64,000 nucleotides of DNA from Botryllus schlosseri (taxonomy: Eukaryota): contig CM119373.1 of NCBI GenBank assembly GCA_051294905.1, forward strand, positions 5,706,001 to 5,770,000. The letters are read 5' to 3'. Below the pieces are notes generated by a model. It had not been told where the DNA came from and searched no databases. It saw only the letters and a program-made list of their open reading frames with translations. The translations under genes were made by a program, and so were the position numbers. Shown here piece by piece: positions 50,190 to 62,164 of this stretch (position 1 is its first letter; every line of letters begins with the position of its first letter).

Positions 50190-51625
50190 TACAACTCACG
50201 ACTGCTGCGGCGACGTATGTCTGCGCAATAAGTTTCGATTCAACTAAATAGGGTTGTAATGTTGTTGTTTTTAATACGTAAGAAAGTCCGACAGTCGTGC
50301 GATCGTCAACAGCCACAAAGCTGTGAAATCGTTCGACTGGCATACCCAATTTCGTGAACCGAAAAATTACGACGAGCTGTGACAAACACGTAATGTCAGT
50401 TCTTTAGTCAGACTGAATAGATAGAAATCCAGCGTCAACAATCTCGGAAAACAAATGCTGTAGATAGATGTGATACATCGAATCAAGCACATCATTTTGA
50501 ATAGTCTTTGAAGTACTTTTAGCTACTGTTGCGGTGTCGAGATGTTCGCGCAAAATTCTATCCATGGAAGCCGTGTATTTAATTAGATCCAAAAATACCC
50601 CCTTTAACAAAATATATTGGTATAACGCCATTTTAATAATATTCAATAAGGAGTTGGTAAACCTTACGAAATTCCCTGAACTGAGACCCGATAAGACCTT
50701 TGTGAGTCGTACATTTTGTCGTGTGAACGTAGATAACAAAATATGAAAACGTACGACGTTTGGTGCATGTACTCTCTCGTGGCTATGAGAGATATGCGTA
50801 TGTAATACTACGTAGAGATATTCATTCATTCATGATTCGCTGATTCGGAAGTCCATTGCATTGCCGTACGTGATTCAATAAAGTTAGAAGTCGTGGAGAC
50901 AGAAACAAAATATATTCGTCAGTGTACGTCAGCCAACAAGGCCGTGCGGCTTGGTTACGCCGGTCCGTCGAACGCAAGGGAACACGCAGCGAATTGTAAA
51001 CGCAACCTTCTGGAGTCAGATTACACAACTATAACATCTAAAAACATTCGCTCTGCGTTATACCCCCCTCCCCCTATGGAGAGAGCATTCCTTCTCATCG
51101 TGGCCTCGAAGGGGCAATTCATGAACTCCAATAAATTTATTGGCATCAATTACCCGAGAGAGAACATGCCTATTCTTATTTACAAGCTCATTATGCTTGC
51201 AGACAGATACGCTATAACTTTCATTGAGCTGCGACATTACTCTGCCAAACAATTTATATTTAACTTCACTAGCCATGTGCACTTGGTATTTTTGGTGTGC
51301 TTTCACACGCTCTGACAAATGCTTCAGATCGCGATAACCAATTTTGTTCCAACAAGAGCCACTGCTTCCGGTACAGGCACTGTCGAATCAAAGACAGTAA
51401 AAGCAAAACAAGGCGTTTTTATCCTCGCTATAAGTGAGCCATTCATTTTTATCAAAATACACTGAAGAAAGGGCACGAATGCGTTTTCCATCGGCGTACG
51501 ATTGGATCAATGGACAATTTGTAGGCTGATACGGACCTAGTCGCTTTACCTCTAATTTTTGCTCTAGAGGCAGCTGCCTAAACGGCGTACGGAGCAAAGA
51601 TTCAACACGATTTATGTTCGCATTT
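50190..51625 (-). pseudogene. hAT transposase relic, N-terminal half (TTF-type Zn finger + DUF4371/ZMYM1-like)
   Basis: WLTYSEDKNALFCFYC, GYRDLKHLSERVKAH, LPLRGHDE, GVFLDLI, TSKTIQND, SIQSD*.TDI..LSQL.VIFRF; contains stops and a ~450-bp insertion at ~50610-51070. Confidence 0.85.
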
Positions 51626-51814
51626 GACCTGACTACTTATCCGCAGAAATGGAAATGACTATAGCTCGAGAGATTGCGTAAACCTAACTGGAAAGGTCAA
51701 CGAGTTCGGACACATACGCAATTGTTATCTCATAGATTGGGCATGACATATTGAATCCAATACATCATTCTGAAGAACTACGGATAACAGCCTCGAAATT
51801 CGGTCCCGGTACAG

Positions 51815-53706
51815 CAGTGGTTCTTGACCTTGCCGCCAGCGCCCCCCAAGGGGCGCTAGCGATCTTGAAGTGGGCGGAAACGCTCAGGGGGCGATATGGG
51901 GGGCGCTGGGCACAGGTGGGCGATAAGGGGGCGCTGAAGAAAAATGGCGTCGCCGTAGATGATGTGGTAGTAGGACACATCCTTAATGAGTATTCAGAAC
52001 AAATTAAAATTCCACAAAATATGTCAAATCCCGAAATGTTACGCGATACGCGACTATATTTGCTATATATGCTACATATGTTTTCATAAATGTAGTGGGT
52101 TATTATAATTCATAAAAAACGAATTACGCGTACTTTTAGATCGCCAATTTCCCGTTCTTTATAACACTGCCGTCATGCTTGCTAGGGTTATTTTCAACAA
52201 AATGTTTCGAATTAGGTATTATATCCCGCAGCACACAGCGTGTGAAAATCGAAGAATGAGGCACTGTATATCACGTTTGATTGAGAGTGAGAGCCCCTTG
52301 TACATAAAATAAGTTTTGAAGATTTGTACACGAAATGAATAACTAAATATACTTGTATTTGAGAGCTACAAAGTTAAATCGTCAGAATATTTCTTCATCG
52401 TATCATAAAGGATGATACTATCTCGTGTTGTGGTTCACGACCTCACATGAACGTTATGTAATATGAGTTGCTTTGTTTGGAATACATATATATTAAAATA
52501 AATAACTGGGTACAGTACTAAATTCAATGTGAGCATATATATTCATCCGATTCTCAGTTGACTTACTTATAGTTACACAAAGCACTACGACAAAATCCAA
52601 TACCACTAATTTCCCCGTATTGCCAATAGCCGATGTGAATTCGGGAGGGTTCGAACCACAGGGTATGGGACCGTACCCGATTGTTGTTATAACAACCTTG
52701 ATGTGACCCTGAATATACCACATACAATTATTATATGATTTATTATAGTCGAATGGTCCTCGAGCGCGATTAAAGCGCGAAATATTTCCAATACCAAAGT
52801 TCCAAAATGACCGACTGAACTTTGACCTCTTACCAAGACCGAAACTGCTGCAACCGAAACCCCCAATCGGTTAGCTCGAATGGTGCCCTAAATTATTTCG
52901 GTGAATGAACATAAATCAAACATCATTTTTTGACGACTCCCCCACGGAAGAATACGCATAATTATAGAAAATATAAATAGGCATTTCGGCGGCGGCCATT
53001 ACCACGCCACGATGCACGAAGACATATGAAGTTCCGTTGAATATGGGACTCCGAGAAGTGTGTCAAAAAGATCGTCAGCGAGAAAACCTCAGCCGAAGAG
53101 GATTGCCCTTATGTTGAGCGTCAACTTCGATGTATATAAGTCTAATTGTCCATAGATACTTAAATCAATCGTGCCGAATTATCATGTCGTCGCAATCTGC
53201 ACCCCACAAGACAAATAACATCCATCAGAGAAAATTATTTGCCAGTGACAAAATACCAATTTTGAATCGTGTGCTTACTTTAGATTCATGCCTTATAGAA
53301 AATATTGGCCCCTAGGGCGATCAGGCCACATAAACTCACAAGACAAATAACATCCATCAGAGAAAATTATTTGCCAGTGACAAAATACCAATTTTGAATC
53401 GTGTGCTTACTTTAGATTCATGCCTTATAGAAAATATTGGCCCCTAGGGCGATCAGGCCACATAAACTTTGTTGACTATCGAAATCACGCAACGGGGTTC
53501 TTCGGGGCGAAGCCCGCATGAGTTTGGTTTATCACGCTATGGGTGCCCAAGACAATCGTGTTTATGGGGGCTGACAAAGTGCTGTAACGGCCCTCCCTCT
53601 CACCCATTGTCTTAATTACATTCCTTACAATATTGGGGTGAGGGGGCACTGGAGCACGATAATTTTTGAAAGGGGGCGCTGGAAGAAAAAAGGTTAAGAA
53701 CCACTG
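51815..53706. mobile_element. Non-autonomous hAT element (1.9 kb) with internal cargo
   Basis: TIR CAGTGGTTCTT.ACCTT / AAGGTTAAGAACCACTG; perfect TSD CGGTACAG; GGGGGCGCT subterminal motifs. Confidence 0.88.
53205..53468. repeat. Perfect 132-bp tandem duplication
   Basis: 53205-53336 is identical to 53337-53468. Confidence 0.95.
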
Positions 53707-54010
53707 CGGTACAGCATAGGAGATTTTGGCCTTGAAACTGGAGACTGTCACACGACACATATGGCTTACGGTCTATAGTGTCTATATTAGGGTTGGATTA
53801 TCCGGATAACGGTCAACCGGTTAACCGTAGGTTTTTTATTATCCGATATCCGGATATAAATCTGCCGGTTAACCGGATAAAATAGTATCGGTAATAATGC
53901 GTTTTACACTTTTAGGAAGCTTCAATAACTCGTAATATCAGTGTTGCGCGCGGCCAATTAGCGAGAATCGTGTCGCCAATTAGCGAGATACGTCAATGCA
54001 GTATGTAACG

Positions 54011-55123
54011 CAGGGGTGGGCAAACTTTTGAGCTCGCGGGCCGCATTCAACATCTAAATCCGTTCGCGGGCCGCATTATATAAAATTAAGATTATATGGT
54101 GAGGACGTGGAGATTATATATGTTCCTATTTAAAACAAAACAAACATTGCTTTGATGATATCGTACACACGTCAGAAACATAGTGGCGAGATTTCATAGG
54201 CTGGTCGACTTCAATAACCAATTTGTCAAAATTATACAGATGAAAGTCGTTTGTCCCGATTCTTAGAACAGGATTGCAATTTAAATATATGAGCAGCGAT
54301 CTGTTCATAGATTTACTAATTCCACTTTTGGCTCAGTTCCAGGACACAATACTGACAGCATCATAACCATGTTAGCTTCAAACACGCATCTACGATGTGT
54401 AGATAAAATATAAATACCCAAATTCTACGCATACAGAGAACGAATCTACTTAAGACACGCGCAAATCGTTTATATACGCACATCGCTGAACTAATTAAAA
54501 CTGCAATGAAGTGGCGAATATGAAATCCCACTCGTCATCCGAATTATGTCAATCTCGTTTAGGATTTCTGCGATGTTTAGCAGTTGAAACCTTTCAAACT
54601 GCGTGCGCCTTGAGATCGGGCTGTCGCGCCAGAAATTAATCATAAAGTATGGAAGTATTTACCTCAGAACAGTGGCTATCAATTTTTTTGAGACTCGCCC
54701 CCCCCCCTTGTGATGGTGAAAAATTTCGCGGCACCCTTATCGTCATATCACAAAATGCAACTAGGGTGCTAGCAACCTAACAGATAGTTTGATGGCACGG
54801 AGGGTTACGAATGTGGCTCAGGAATTTTTAAATATGAAATTGTGACTAAATACAGAACAATAATGATGACGTGAATGAGAATCGCGCGGAGCGCTAAAAA
54901 ATTTTTCAGTGGAGAGAGGGCGTACCCCAGTTTTAGAAGCACTGTCTTCGAATTATCATGGTGAAATATACTAAGAAGAAGTTTAATGAAGTCCCTGCAT
55001 TAATTCGATGTTTAGTACGGATTTTATCAATATTTTTAAAAAGTTTCTTTAGACTCTCGCGGGCCGCACAGAACGGTGTGGCGGGCCGCATGCGGCCCGC
55101 GGGCCGTAGTTTACCCACCCCTG
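54011..55123. mobile_element. Nested Charlie-like MITE
   Basis: TIR CAGGGGTGGGCAAAC / GTTTACCCACCCCTG; TSD ATGTAACG/GTGTAACG. Confidence 0.88.
54670..54944. mobile_element. Innermost nested MITE (family of 15075-15338)
   Basis: CAGTGGCTATCAA / TTAGAAGCACTG ends; TSD decayed. Confidence 0.7.
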
Positions 55124-56666
55124 GTGTAACGCGACGCAATCTCCCGCTGTGAAGATCGCCAAATTAGGTCATTGATTGCCGCGAACTCGGCTATCGTTGC
55201 AGGCCTGATATTTCGAGTCTTCAACAAGCCTATAGTTCCGCTGGCAGAATCACATCTGTAATAGGCTCTGTGGACTTTATACCATCACTGGCCTACATAA
55301 TCACAACTGCATTGGCTTGGTGCTCACGATATTATCGCCGGCCTACACAATTGCATCTGCAATAGGCATGGTACGAACGATATCATATAATCGCTGGCGT
55401 AACCATCGAGTTTCGGGCCTGGCATGCGTTGACTCCTATCTCTTGGTGACTTGGAGACAATATGCCGGTAAGACTATTATGATCAGCGATTGTGATTAAT
55501 GAGTGACATCGTGAAACTTAATGACATCGAATGTTCGCATTTCGCAAACATGTTCGCGCGTGCAAGCGTAATTAATTTCCACTGATACTAGATTCGAAAA
55601 AAAAATCGAAACCCCCTCGTTTTATTTAAAACACCCCTCCCTCCCCCTCTTATTTTCGGTTCGCTACGGGCCTGATCATGTGAATTTCCCATGGAGGAAT
55701 TAGAGCGAGCTATCATGTCGGACTCAATTCCAGTATCAACTACTCGTCCTTGCAGTACTGGACACCTAAACAGAAAAAGGGGCAAAAAAGAAGCGCTGCT
55801 TACTATATTCAGCCCATTTTTTGGAAGCAGAAAGGGCATTTAATACGTGTGGACTCATTGTTACAAAACTCCAGTCCCGGCTACAGGATGCCACTATTGA
55901 TGCAATGTACTTATAAGGAGGGAGTTGCAGAAGTAGTGAACATTACATTTGCGTGATTTTTCTCGTATTGGCTCGTACTGCGCGTGTACGTATAAATCTA
56001 CAATAACACTGCGTAACGATTTTGCGATCCATTTTTCATGCAGACCTCGTGAAATCGATTATCTCACTTAGCATTCATTATCTGGTTAACCGGTTAGCTA
56101 AATTCCAAATATCCGGATATATCCGTTATCTGGATAGTAAAAACTATTGATATTCGAACTAACCCTAGTCTATATGTCTGCTACAAAATCGCCTTTGGAA
56201 AATATATCACCGAATAAATACGTGGATGAAAGCCGTAAACGTAGTACACTGTTACATGACATCATCGAGAAGTAGCCTCATGTCCGTTTTCGGTATGTTA
56301 CAATGTCAAAATTAATACGAACACACCAACACCGAATATTGCGTAAAATTTACTGAAGAATAGGCTGATCAAGTGATCAGCTGTTAGCTGCCATCAAAAA
56401 CGAACCAGCTATCGCGCTTGAAAGGGGGTTGTAATGGTACGCAAATGGCCTGATAAGTCCATTACAATCAGTAACAATCAAATGATTATTAATTCCATGA
56501 TTCCAATATCTTTGCCAACAATTTCGACAATAATATAAGCAGTCCAGGATAGACGACAATGTCTTCTTAAAGACTGAAAAAAACAGACTCTATACTTGCG
56601 ACAGATATTACCTGAAAACAAGTTATAGCCTACCTCATCGGATGAATTTGGTTTTTATCATACAAT

Positions 56667-57957
56667 CTGGGTCGTAACTGCCGCACCCCAAACCCCCCAA
56701 TTAGAGGGGGCTGAGCTCAAAGATGGCCAAAAATTATTTCGTGAAGTAACATAAATTATAGAGTATCTTTTGAAAATTTATGCAACGTTTCGAAGATTTT
56801 TCGCTCTGCGCACGATTTCAAGTTGCCAATGGCATCTTTATTTGGGGGTACTCTTCCCCCAAGAAAAAATACGCAAGATTTATAGAAATGGGCATATCGG
56901 CGTTGGCCATTACCGTGCCACGATGCACCAAGACATATGAAGTTTTAGGCCATGTGATATGCGACACCAAGGAGTGTGCCAGCATGATCAACAGCGAGAA
57001 AACCTTGGCCGAAAAGGACTGCCCTTATGCTGACCGAAAACTTCGTCATATATACAAAATACGCATAGGTTTAATTAGGCGCCTAAAATACTGGCGCCGA
57101 ATGTTCCTGTCTTGGTAATCTGAATCTCACAAGAAAAATACCATCCCGCAAGGGAAAATTATATGCCAGTGAAGAAATACCGATTTGAAATCGTTTGCGT
57201 ATTTTAGTTTAGTAGCCTACGTTTGGGCGATTCTATATTTTAGATATAGCAGACAGGGGGTCACGAAATAACAACTTGTTACGAAGTCATACCAACGAGC
57301 CCTATCGTTTCCATAACACCTCACTCAGCTCTAACGGTAAATCTGATTACGTGAGCAGAGAGGACAAGAAAGTGATAGCAATATATATGCAATTCCCGAT
57401 CTTAATGACCGATTTTATAATGAATTATCGAAAATATTCGCGCTTCGCACTGGCTCACTAAGTAGTACAACTAATTACGTGGCAAAAGCGAACAACGCGA
57501 TGGGGGTAGGTTTGTCACCCTATGGGAGCCCAAGACCCAAGTTTTTTTGGGTGGCCTAACGAAGTGCTGCTTCGTCCCTGCAAACGAGTATACGCCCGAA
57601 TGTGTTTAATTTTTATTGAGGGGTCCTACCTATTCTAACACAACTCACTCAGCTCAATCTATAAATCTGATTACGTGAGCCGAGAGAGGATAAAAATAGA
57701 TGGCAATATGTATGCAATTCCTGATCATATTGACCGATTCAATCATGAATCATAGAATTTTTTCGCGACTAGCGCGTGCAGACAAGGAATGCTGATTCAG
57801 CTCACGGCCCCAATGTAGATGATAAGTACCGATAAACAATGTATAATCTGATGGAGGTCTGGGGAGCGACGCCGCTCCGAAGTTTCGTTTATCATCATAT
57901 GGAAGGCCCAAGCCCAACGTTGTGGGGGGGGGCTGACGAAGTGCTGCTACGGCCCTG
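56667..57957. mobile_element. Old CAGGGCCGTA-type element with a duplicated right end
   Basis: Homologous to 31939-32490. Two tandem right ends (57305-57580 and 57620-57957) finish in GACGAAGTGCTGCTACGGCCCTG-like termini. Confidence 0.65.
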
Positions 57958-58484
57958 CATACAATAAACAATCAAATCAAGATCGATCCCGTACACCTGT
58001 TAGTTTTTTGCATTAATCACCGATGCATTCTCTCTATACCATCCTTTATTCGCTGACTATCTATATGTATAGTGTAATTCGTCATTGCTGTTGTGCGATT
58101 GCTGGAAAGCTCACAGCAGACAGTCACTAAATATTTACAAATGTAAAACGAATCATTTCGCGCCATGCTGACAGTGGTATGAAATTGAAATGCAAAGAAT
58201 TGCAGAAAAGATGTAATGATGACGTGCAAAGTGCTATATATAAAGATATGTTCATAGTGCAGAACCTATCAAGGTTCGTTTGCCACCTCAAACCTCCGAA
58301 ATTTTGAGTTACACACACCGAACGCGAACGTGTGGCTCACGTTCACACCATCCCTACAAACTATCATACCCTAATTGTTTACCACATCTTTTAACATTAC
58401 ATCTTCCTAGTGAAAATTATTGCAATTACATTTATGATCGGTGCATGTTTGTACGACACATATCGTTTCAGTCTATACAATTAC

Positions 58485-58505
58485 CATCTTGGGATTGAGA
58501 TCGAC
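58485..58505 (-). CDS. Candidate 21-nt micro-exon (G-RSQSQD-G)
   Basis: CTTAG acceptor and GTAATT donor, phase 1-1; a similar micro-exon is at 62138-62164. Confidence 0.35.
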
Positions 58506-59082
58506 CTAAGACATGACGCATTCGCGAGCATGGCGTTCGCGGATACAGATGATGTCCTCATTAACTATTCGTGTGCTGCCAATCTTCAATAGTAATTCAG
58601 AACATAAGCTTAAAGACAAAACTCGGGCAATATTTTTGTAATAAACGTTGATGAATTATTCTCCGACGGCTCAAATTGGCGGGTTAAAAGATTTGATAAG
58701 CCTTCATTACAAACAGAGGGCTGTATGCGGAAGTAACTGATCCGCGGTATAATAATACTAAAACATACCATTGCCAATTCACTGGAATCCAAAACCAAAA
58801 TTTACCTGACAGTATATTGCAATTGCGATTATAGAAGTGATGAAAACTTACTATATCCAGTGTTTTTCTGCTTTGAATACCGCGTCAGGTCAAAATAAAA
58901 ATATTGTCGCAAATGTTTACCCAGAAATATTGCAATTGAATAGTATATTCATATTAAAATGAACCCGAGTATTTTCGGCTGACACTCGTCAGGGATAATC
59001 GTCAGCAACTATAGTACAGATTTGAAAAGCACATTGTGTATGTGGAAATATTGCAATACAAAACATCAAAGTGCGTGCTTAC

Positions 59083-59143
59083 CTTTAGCGAAGATAAACA
59101 ATACGGCGAATATATAAATCATGGTTGTTGTCGTGGCCACCAT
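59083..59143 (-). CDS. Signal-peptide-like first exon (MVATTTTMIYIFAVLFIFAK); candidate exon 1 of gene A
   Basis: ATG, hydrophobic core and AG|GTAAGC phase-1 donor; the link to gene A is inferred from phase only. Confidence 0.5.
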
Positions 59144-59740
59144 CTCAGTCTGTCTAGTCAAAATTATGCTAATGCAAAGTTTGAGTCGCAGACTACTAAT
59201 TTACTGTTCCGTGTATAAACGGAATAATGTATAAAACGAATGCTACGTATCCTTTCAATGCCAAAGCCCTAAATAGACTGCCACAAATTACGTTACTGGC
59301 CTGGATCGTACCGTAACGTGAGTCATGTCACCACGGCGCGTTTCCTCGGTTGTTACCTACAGTCCAAATATTCGTCAACGATACATAAATGACAGGATTT
59401 CAGATGATTGCGTTGGTCGGGTGACTCTCACGCGGTGCGCGACAAGCGTAGGTTCTAATGTTCGTTTTATGCCAGAAAAAGAATTGTGACTGCATATAGC
59501 GAATCTACATTGACACGGTTCCCGCGCATTTAATTGTTCTGATCAAATACGTTGGATGTGTCAAACTCGTGGCCCGTGAAGCTATTTTATCTATCCCGCG
59601 ACAGTGATTTAAAATTAAAATAATCGAAAACTTGTGTCACTAAAAAATACATTTGCACCATAGAGTCCTATATGCGCCTCGAAATATCAAATCTTGAAAT
59701 CGGAAACGCGCAGTATGGGCCTGAGCAGTTAGCTTTAGCA

Positions 59741-61111
59741 CAGGGGTTCTCAACCTGGGGGGCGCGCCCCCCTTGGGGGGCGCGGGAGGCTCTCAGGGGG
59801 GGCGCGAGAAATTGACGAAGTCACTATAGGGGGGCGCGAGAAATTGACAAAGTCAGTATAAATTGTACGTGTCCAAACATGTGTTTCACACCCATTATGA
59901 GAAGACGATTAATGAAGATGAAATTTATTACATATTCAAGAAAGCTTGCAAAATACAAACTCTAGCAACCGCGCTCAGCGGAGTATAGTCTGATTTCAAC
60001 TTGATTTGAGCAAATTTTTGAAATTCTTTGGAGATATAGAGAGCAATTCCCATGTGTAAGTCATTCATTGCTTGATAGCTTTGACAGTAGCCTAGAGCTT
60101 GGCGCGCTGGGCAGCTCTTGTTAGTAGCTTGCGAACTGCACTGCCTAAGACAGACTTAGATGCAACATAGGTTGCCCGGTTTCGCCCTCAATTAGGCTAT
60201 AAATCAACACAATTTAATTAATTTCCAAAACTGATCAAATTTGGCTTGGCAGGACAGAACGACGCCTTGCTCTCTGTACTCACGACCAGCATCAGGATTA
60301 GTCTCAGGGTGACCTACCTTGAAATTAATTAATGGATGTCTGTTCAATGTTTTTTGTTATTTTCAAACAAGTTTGGAGAAATTTGTCATGTAAAAGACTC
60401 AACAACTGGAATGCCGATTCAAAATTGGCGTAAGATATACCTTATATATACTATTAGATCAGGGGTGGGCAGCCTGCGGCCGTAGAAGGGAATTTGAGCG
60501 GCGGTCGACGCCTAATTCAATTAGTAGGCTATATGTTGGCGGCCGTAGACATGCAAATTGCAATTACGAATTCACTCCCGCATTTTCGAGAGATTTTAAT
60601 TCATCTTGAAATTTTCTTCGCCCTCCGCGCAATTCAACAAGACTTCATTTTTCGATTTTAATGCAGTAGCGCCCGTCTTAATCTGAGCCGGAATGGGAAT
60701 TGGCAAGAAATAACAATTCGTTCGCAGCCCTGAAAAATTTTCGCGCTCCGCGCGACAATATGCACCTCCCGGCAACTATTCATAACATTGCCACTCGTGA
60801 TTTCGTTGCGTACAATAGGCCATTGTGAAAAGTAGAATAGTCCGGAGTTCACCGGGAATGGATATGGACAGTTTACCATAGGAATTTTGTGTCCAGATCG
60901 TTCATTGCGGCTATGCCCTGGAATGCGGGCTTACGCTACCCCGTACATAAGTAATCGAAATGCGGCCATGATTATCAAAAACGTTGCCCACCTCTGTATT
61001 AGATGATGTGCTCTTTTCGACATGACGATAAATGCAAGGAGGGTCAGGGGGGCGCGATTTTTTTGACCATCTCTAAGGGGGGCGCGAGTCAAAAAAGGTT
61101 GAGAACCACTG
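59741..61111. mobile_element. hAT (Buster/Charlie-like) non-autonomous element
   Basis: TIR CAGGGGTTCTCAACCT / AGGTTGAGAACCACTG; perfect TSD CTTTAGCA. Confidence 0.92.
60460..60996. mobile_element. Nested Charlie-like MITE
   Basis: CAGGGGTGGGCA / TGCCCACCTCTG ends; perfect TSD TATTAGAT. Confidence 0.9.
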
Positions 61112-61330
61112 CTTTAGCACATGGTTTTCGGGTTCGATTCAAACCGAGCTCGATCCGCGCCCACATTTCCTCCCGAAGTGTTGGAGGCTTATCTACATCG
61201 GCTCCCCTCGTCCGTCCGTGTAAGTGGTGTCTTCAAAAGACTAGATGTGAGTCGTGCTATATGATAATCAAAATCAGCCGGCTGTGAATGACTATTGTAG
61301 TGAAGAAAAAAAAACAGTAAAAACCACAAA
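61112..61330 (+). mobile_element. Probable tRNA-derived SINE split by the 59741-61111 insertion
   Basis: B box GGTTCGATTC at ~61130, A-box-like TGGGCCTGAGCAGTTAG at ~59715 before the insertion, and an A-rich tail at ~61305. Confidence 0.5.
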
Positions 61331-61679
61331 AAACAGCGCATAAACAATGATAATAATCGAGCATATTAGAAGAGCAATAAACGTTTCAAATCCACGCGTG
61401 CAATCAACTTAGCATTATTAGGAAACATGACAATTGGCAGATTAATAAATAGTGTCATTTTCGCCCCAGTTGAAGCATACCTCGATGCTACAGAATGTTA
61501 TCATTGTCAGAGATTTGACTACATAAACTGATACCGTCGAAGATACTACCTCCGTAGCATATATATTATGTGAATTCCATCTGGGATCACCATTTCATAT
61601 TTAGATTTGTTACTCTATGTTCTGACTTTGTGGTGAAAATAAATATATGTTGTTCATTTATTTATTTAACACATACAAC

Positions 61680-61945
61680 CAGAGATGGTCAGTAACGGAG
61701 TACTGCTACTTTTTGAAGTACTTGAAGTAGATTATTCCTACTCACACTACTTTTTAAGTAGTTATGATTCTACACTACATCTACTTCTACTTGACAGTTT
61801 TCAGTTTTGTGGCTAAAAATGAGCGTAGAATACTTACTTACATGCTTACTTGTGAACCAACACTCCTACTTCTACTTGAGTAGAAATTCCGGCGTTACTT
61901 CTACTTCCACTTGAGTAGCGACGGTGACTACTTTGACCACCTCTG
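61680..61945. mobile_element. MITE with (CTACTT)-type arrays
   Basis: TIR CAGAGATGGTCA / TGACCACCTCTG; TSD CATACAAC/CATGCAAC. Confidence 0.85.
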
Positions 61946-62137
61946 CATGCAACAGCGGTGTTTATCGCCTATTACGGTAATGTACACCACGACAATGATA
62001 TTTGTAAGATTAAGGATTTTTGCTTCCGTATTCTTTCTGAACTACTTCCACACTCGCGCGCTCCCAACTTCAGTCTCTCTCTTTTCCATGAATCCGGATT
62101 TGTTCTTTGCTGCCGACTTCGTCCTGGCGCGGCTCAC

Positions 62138-62164
62138 CATCATACTGGGCTTTTTGAGACACTC
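62138..62164 (-). CDS. Candidate 27-nt micro-exon (G-VSQKAQYD-G) of a further paralogue or relic
   Basis: TATAG acceptor and GTGAGC donor, phase 1-1; lies downstream (minus strand) of a segment near 63100-63300 that resembles 58850-59083. Confidence 0.3.

Larger units (their letters stand above)
53788..56167. mobile_element. Non-autonomous hAT element with ATCCGG/AACCGG subterminal motifs, outer shell of a triple nest
   Basis: TAGGGTT / AACCCTA ends; perfect TSD GTCTATAT. Confidence 0.88.

Noticed and set aside
52493..52723. Potassium channel gene (VITTIGYG)
   Set aside because: There is no upstream pore or transmembrane context, the spacing is wrong, and part of the motif comes from the DNA palindrome GTTGTTATAACAAC. 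Kept only as a tentative finding.
56377..56610. Cys-rich peptide exon (CLYYCRNCWQRY or NICRKYRVCFF)
   Set aside because: Acceptors are plausible, but there is no paralogue, donor or recognisable domain; cannot be supported.
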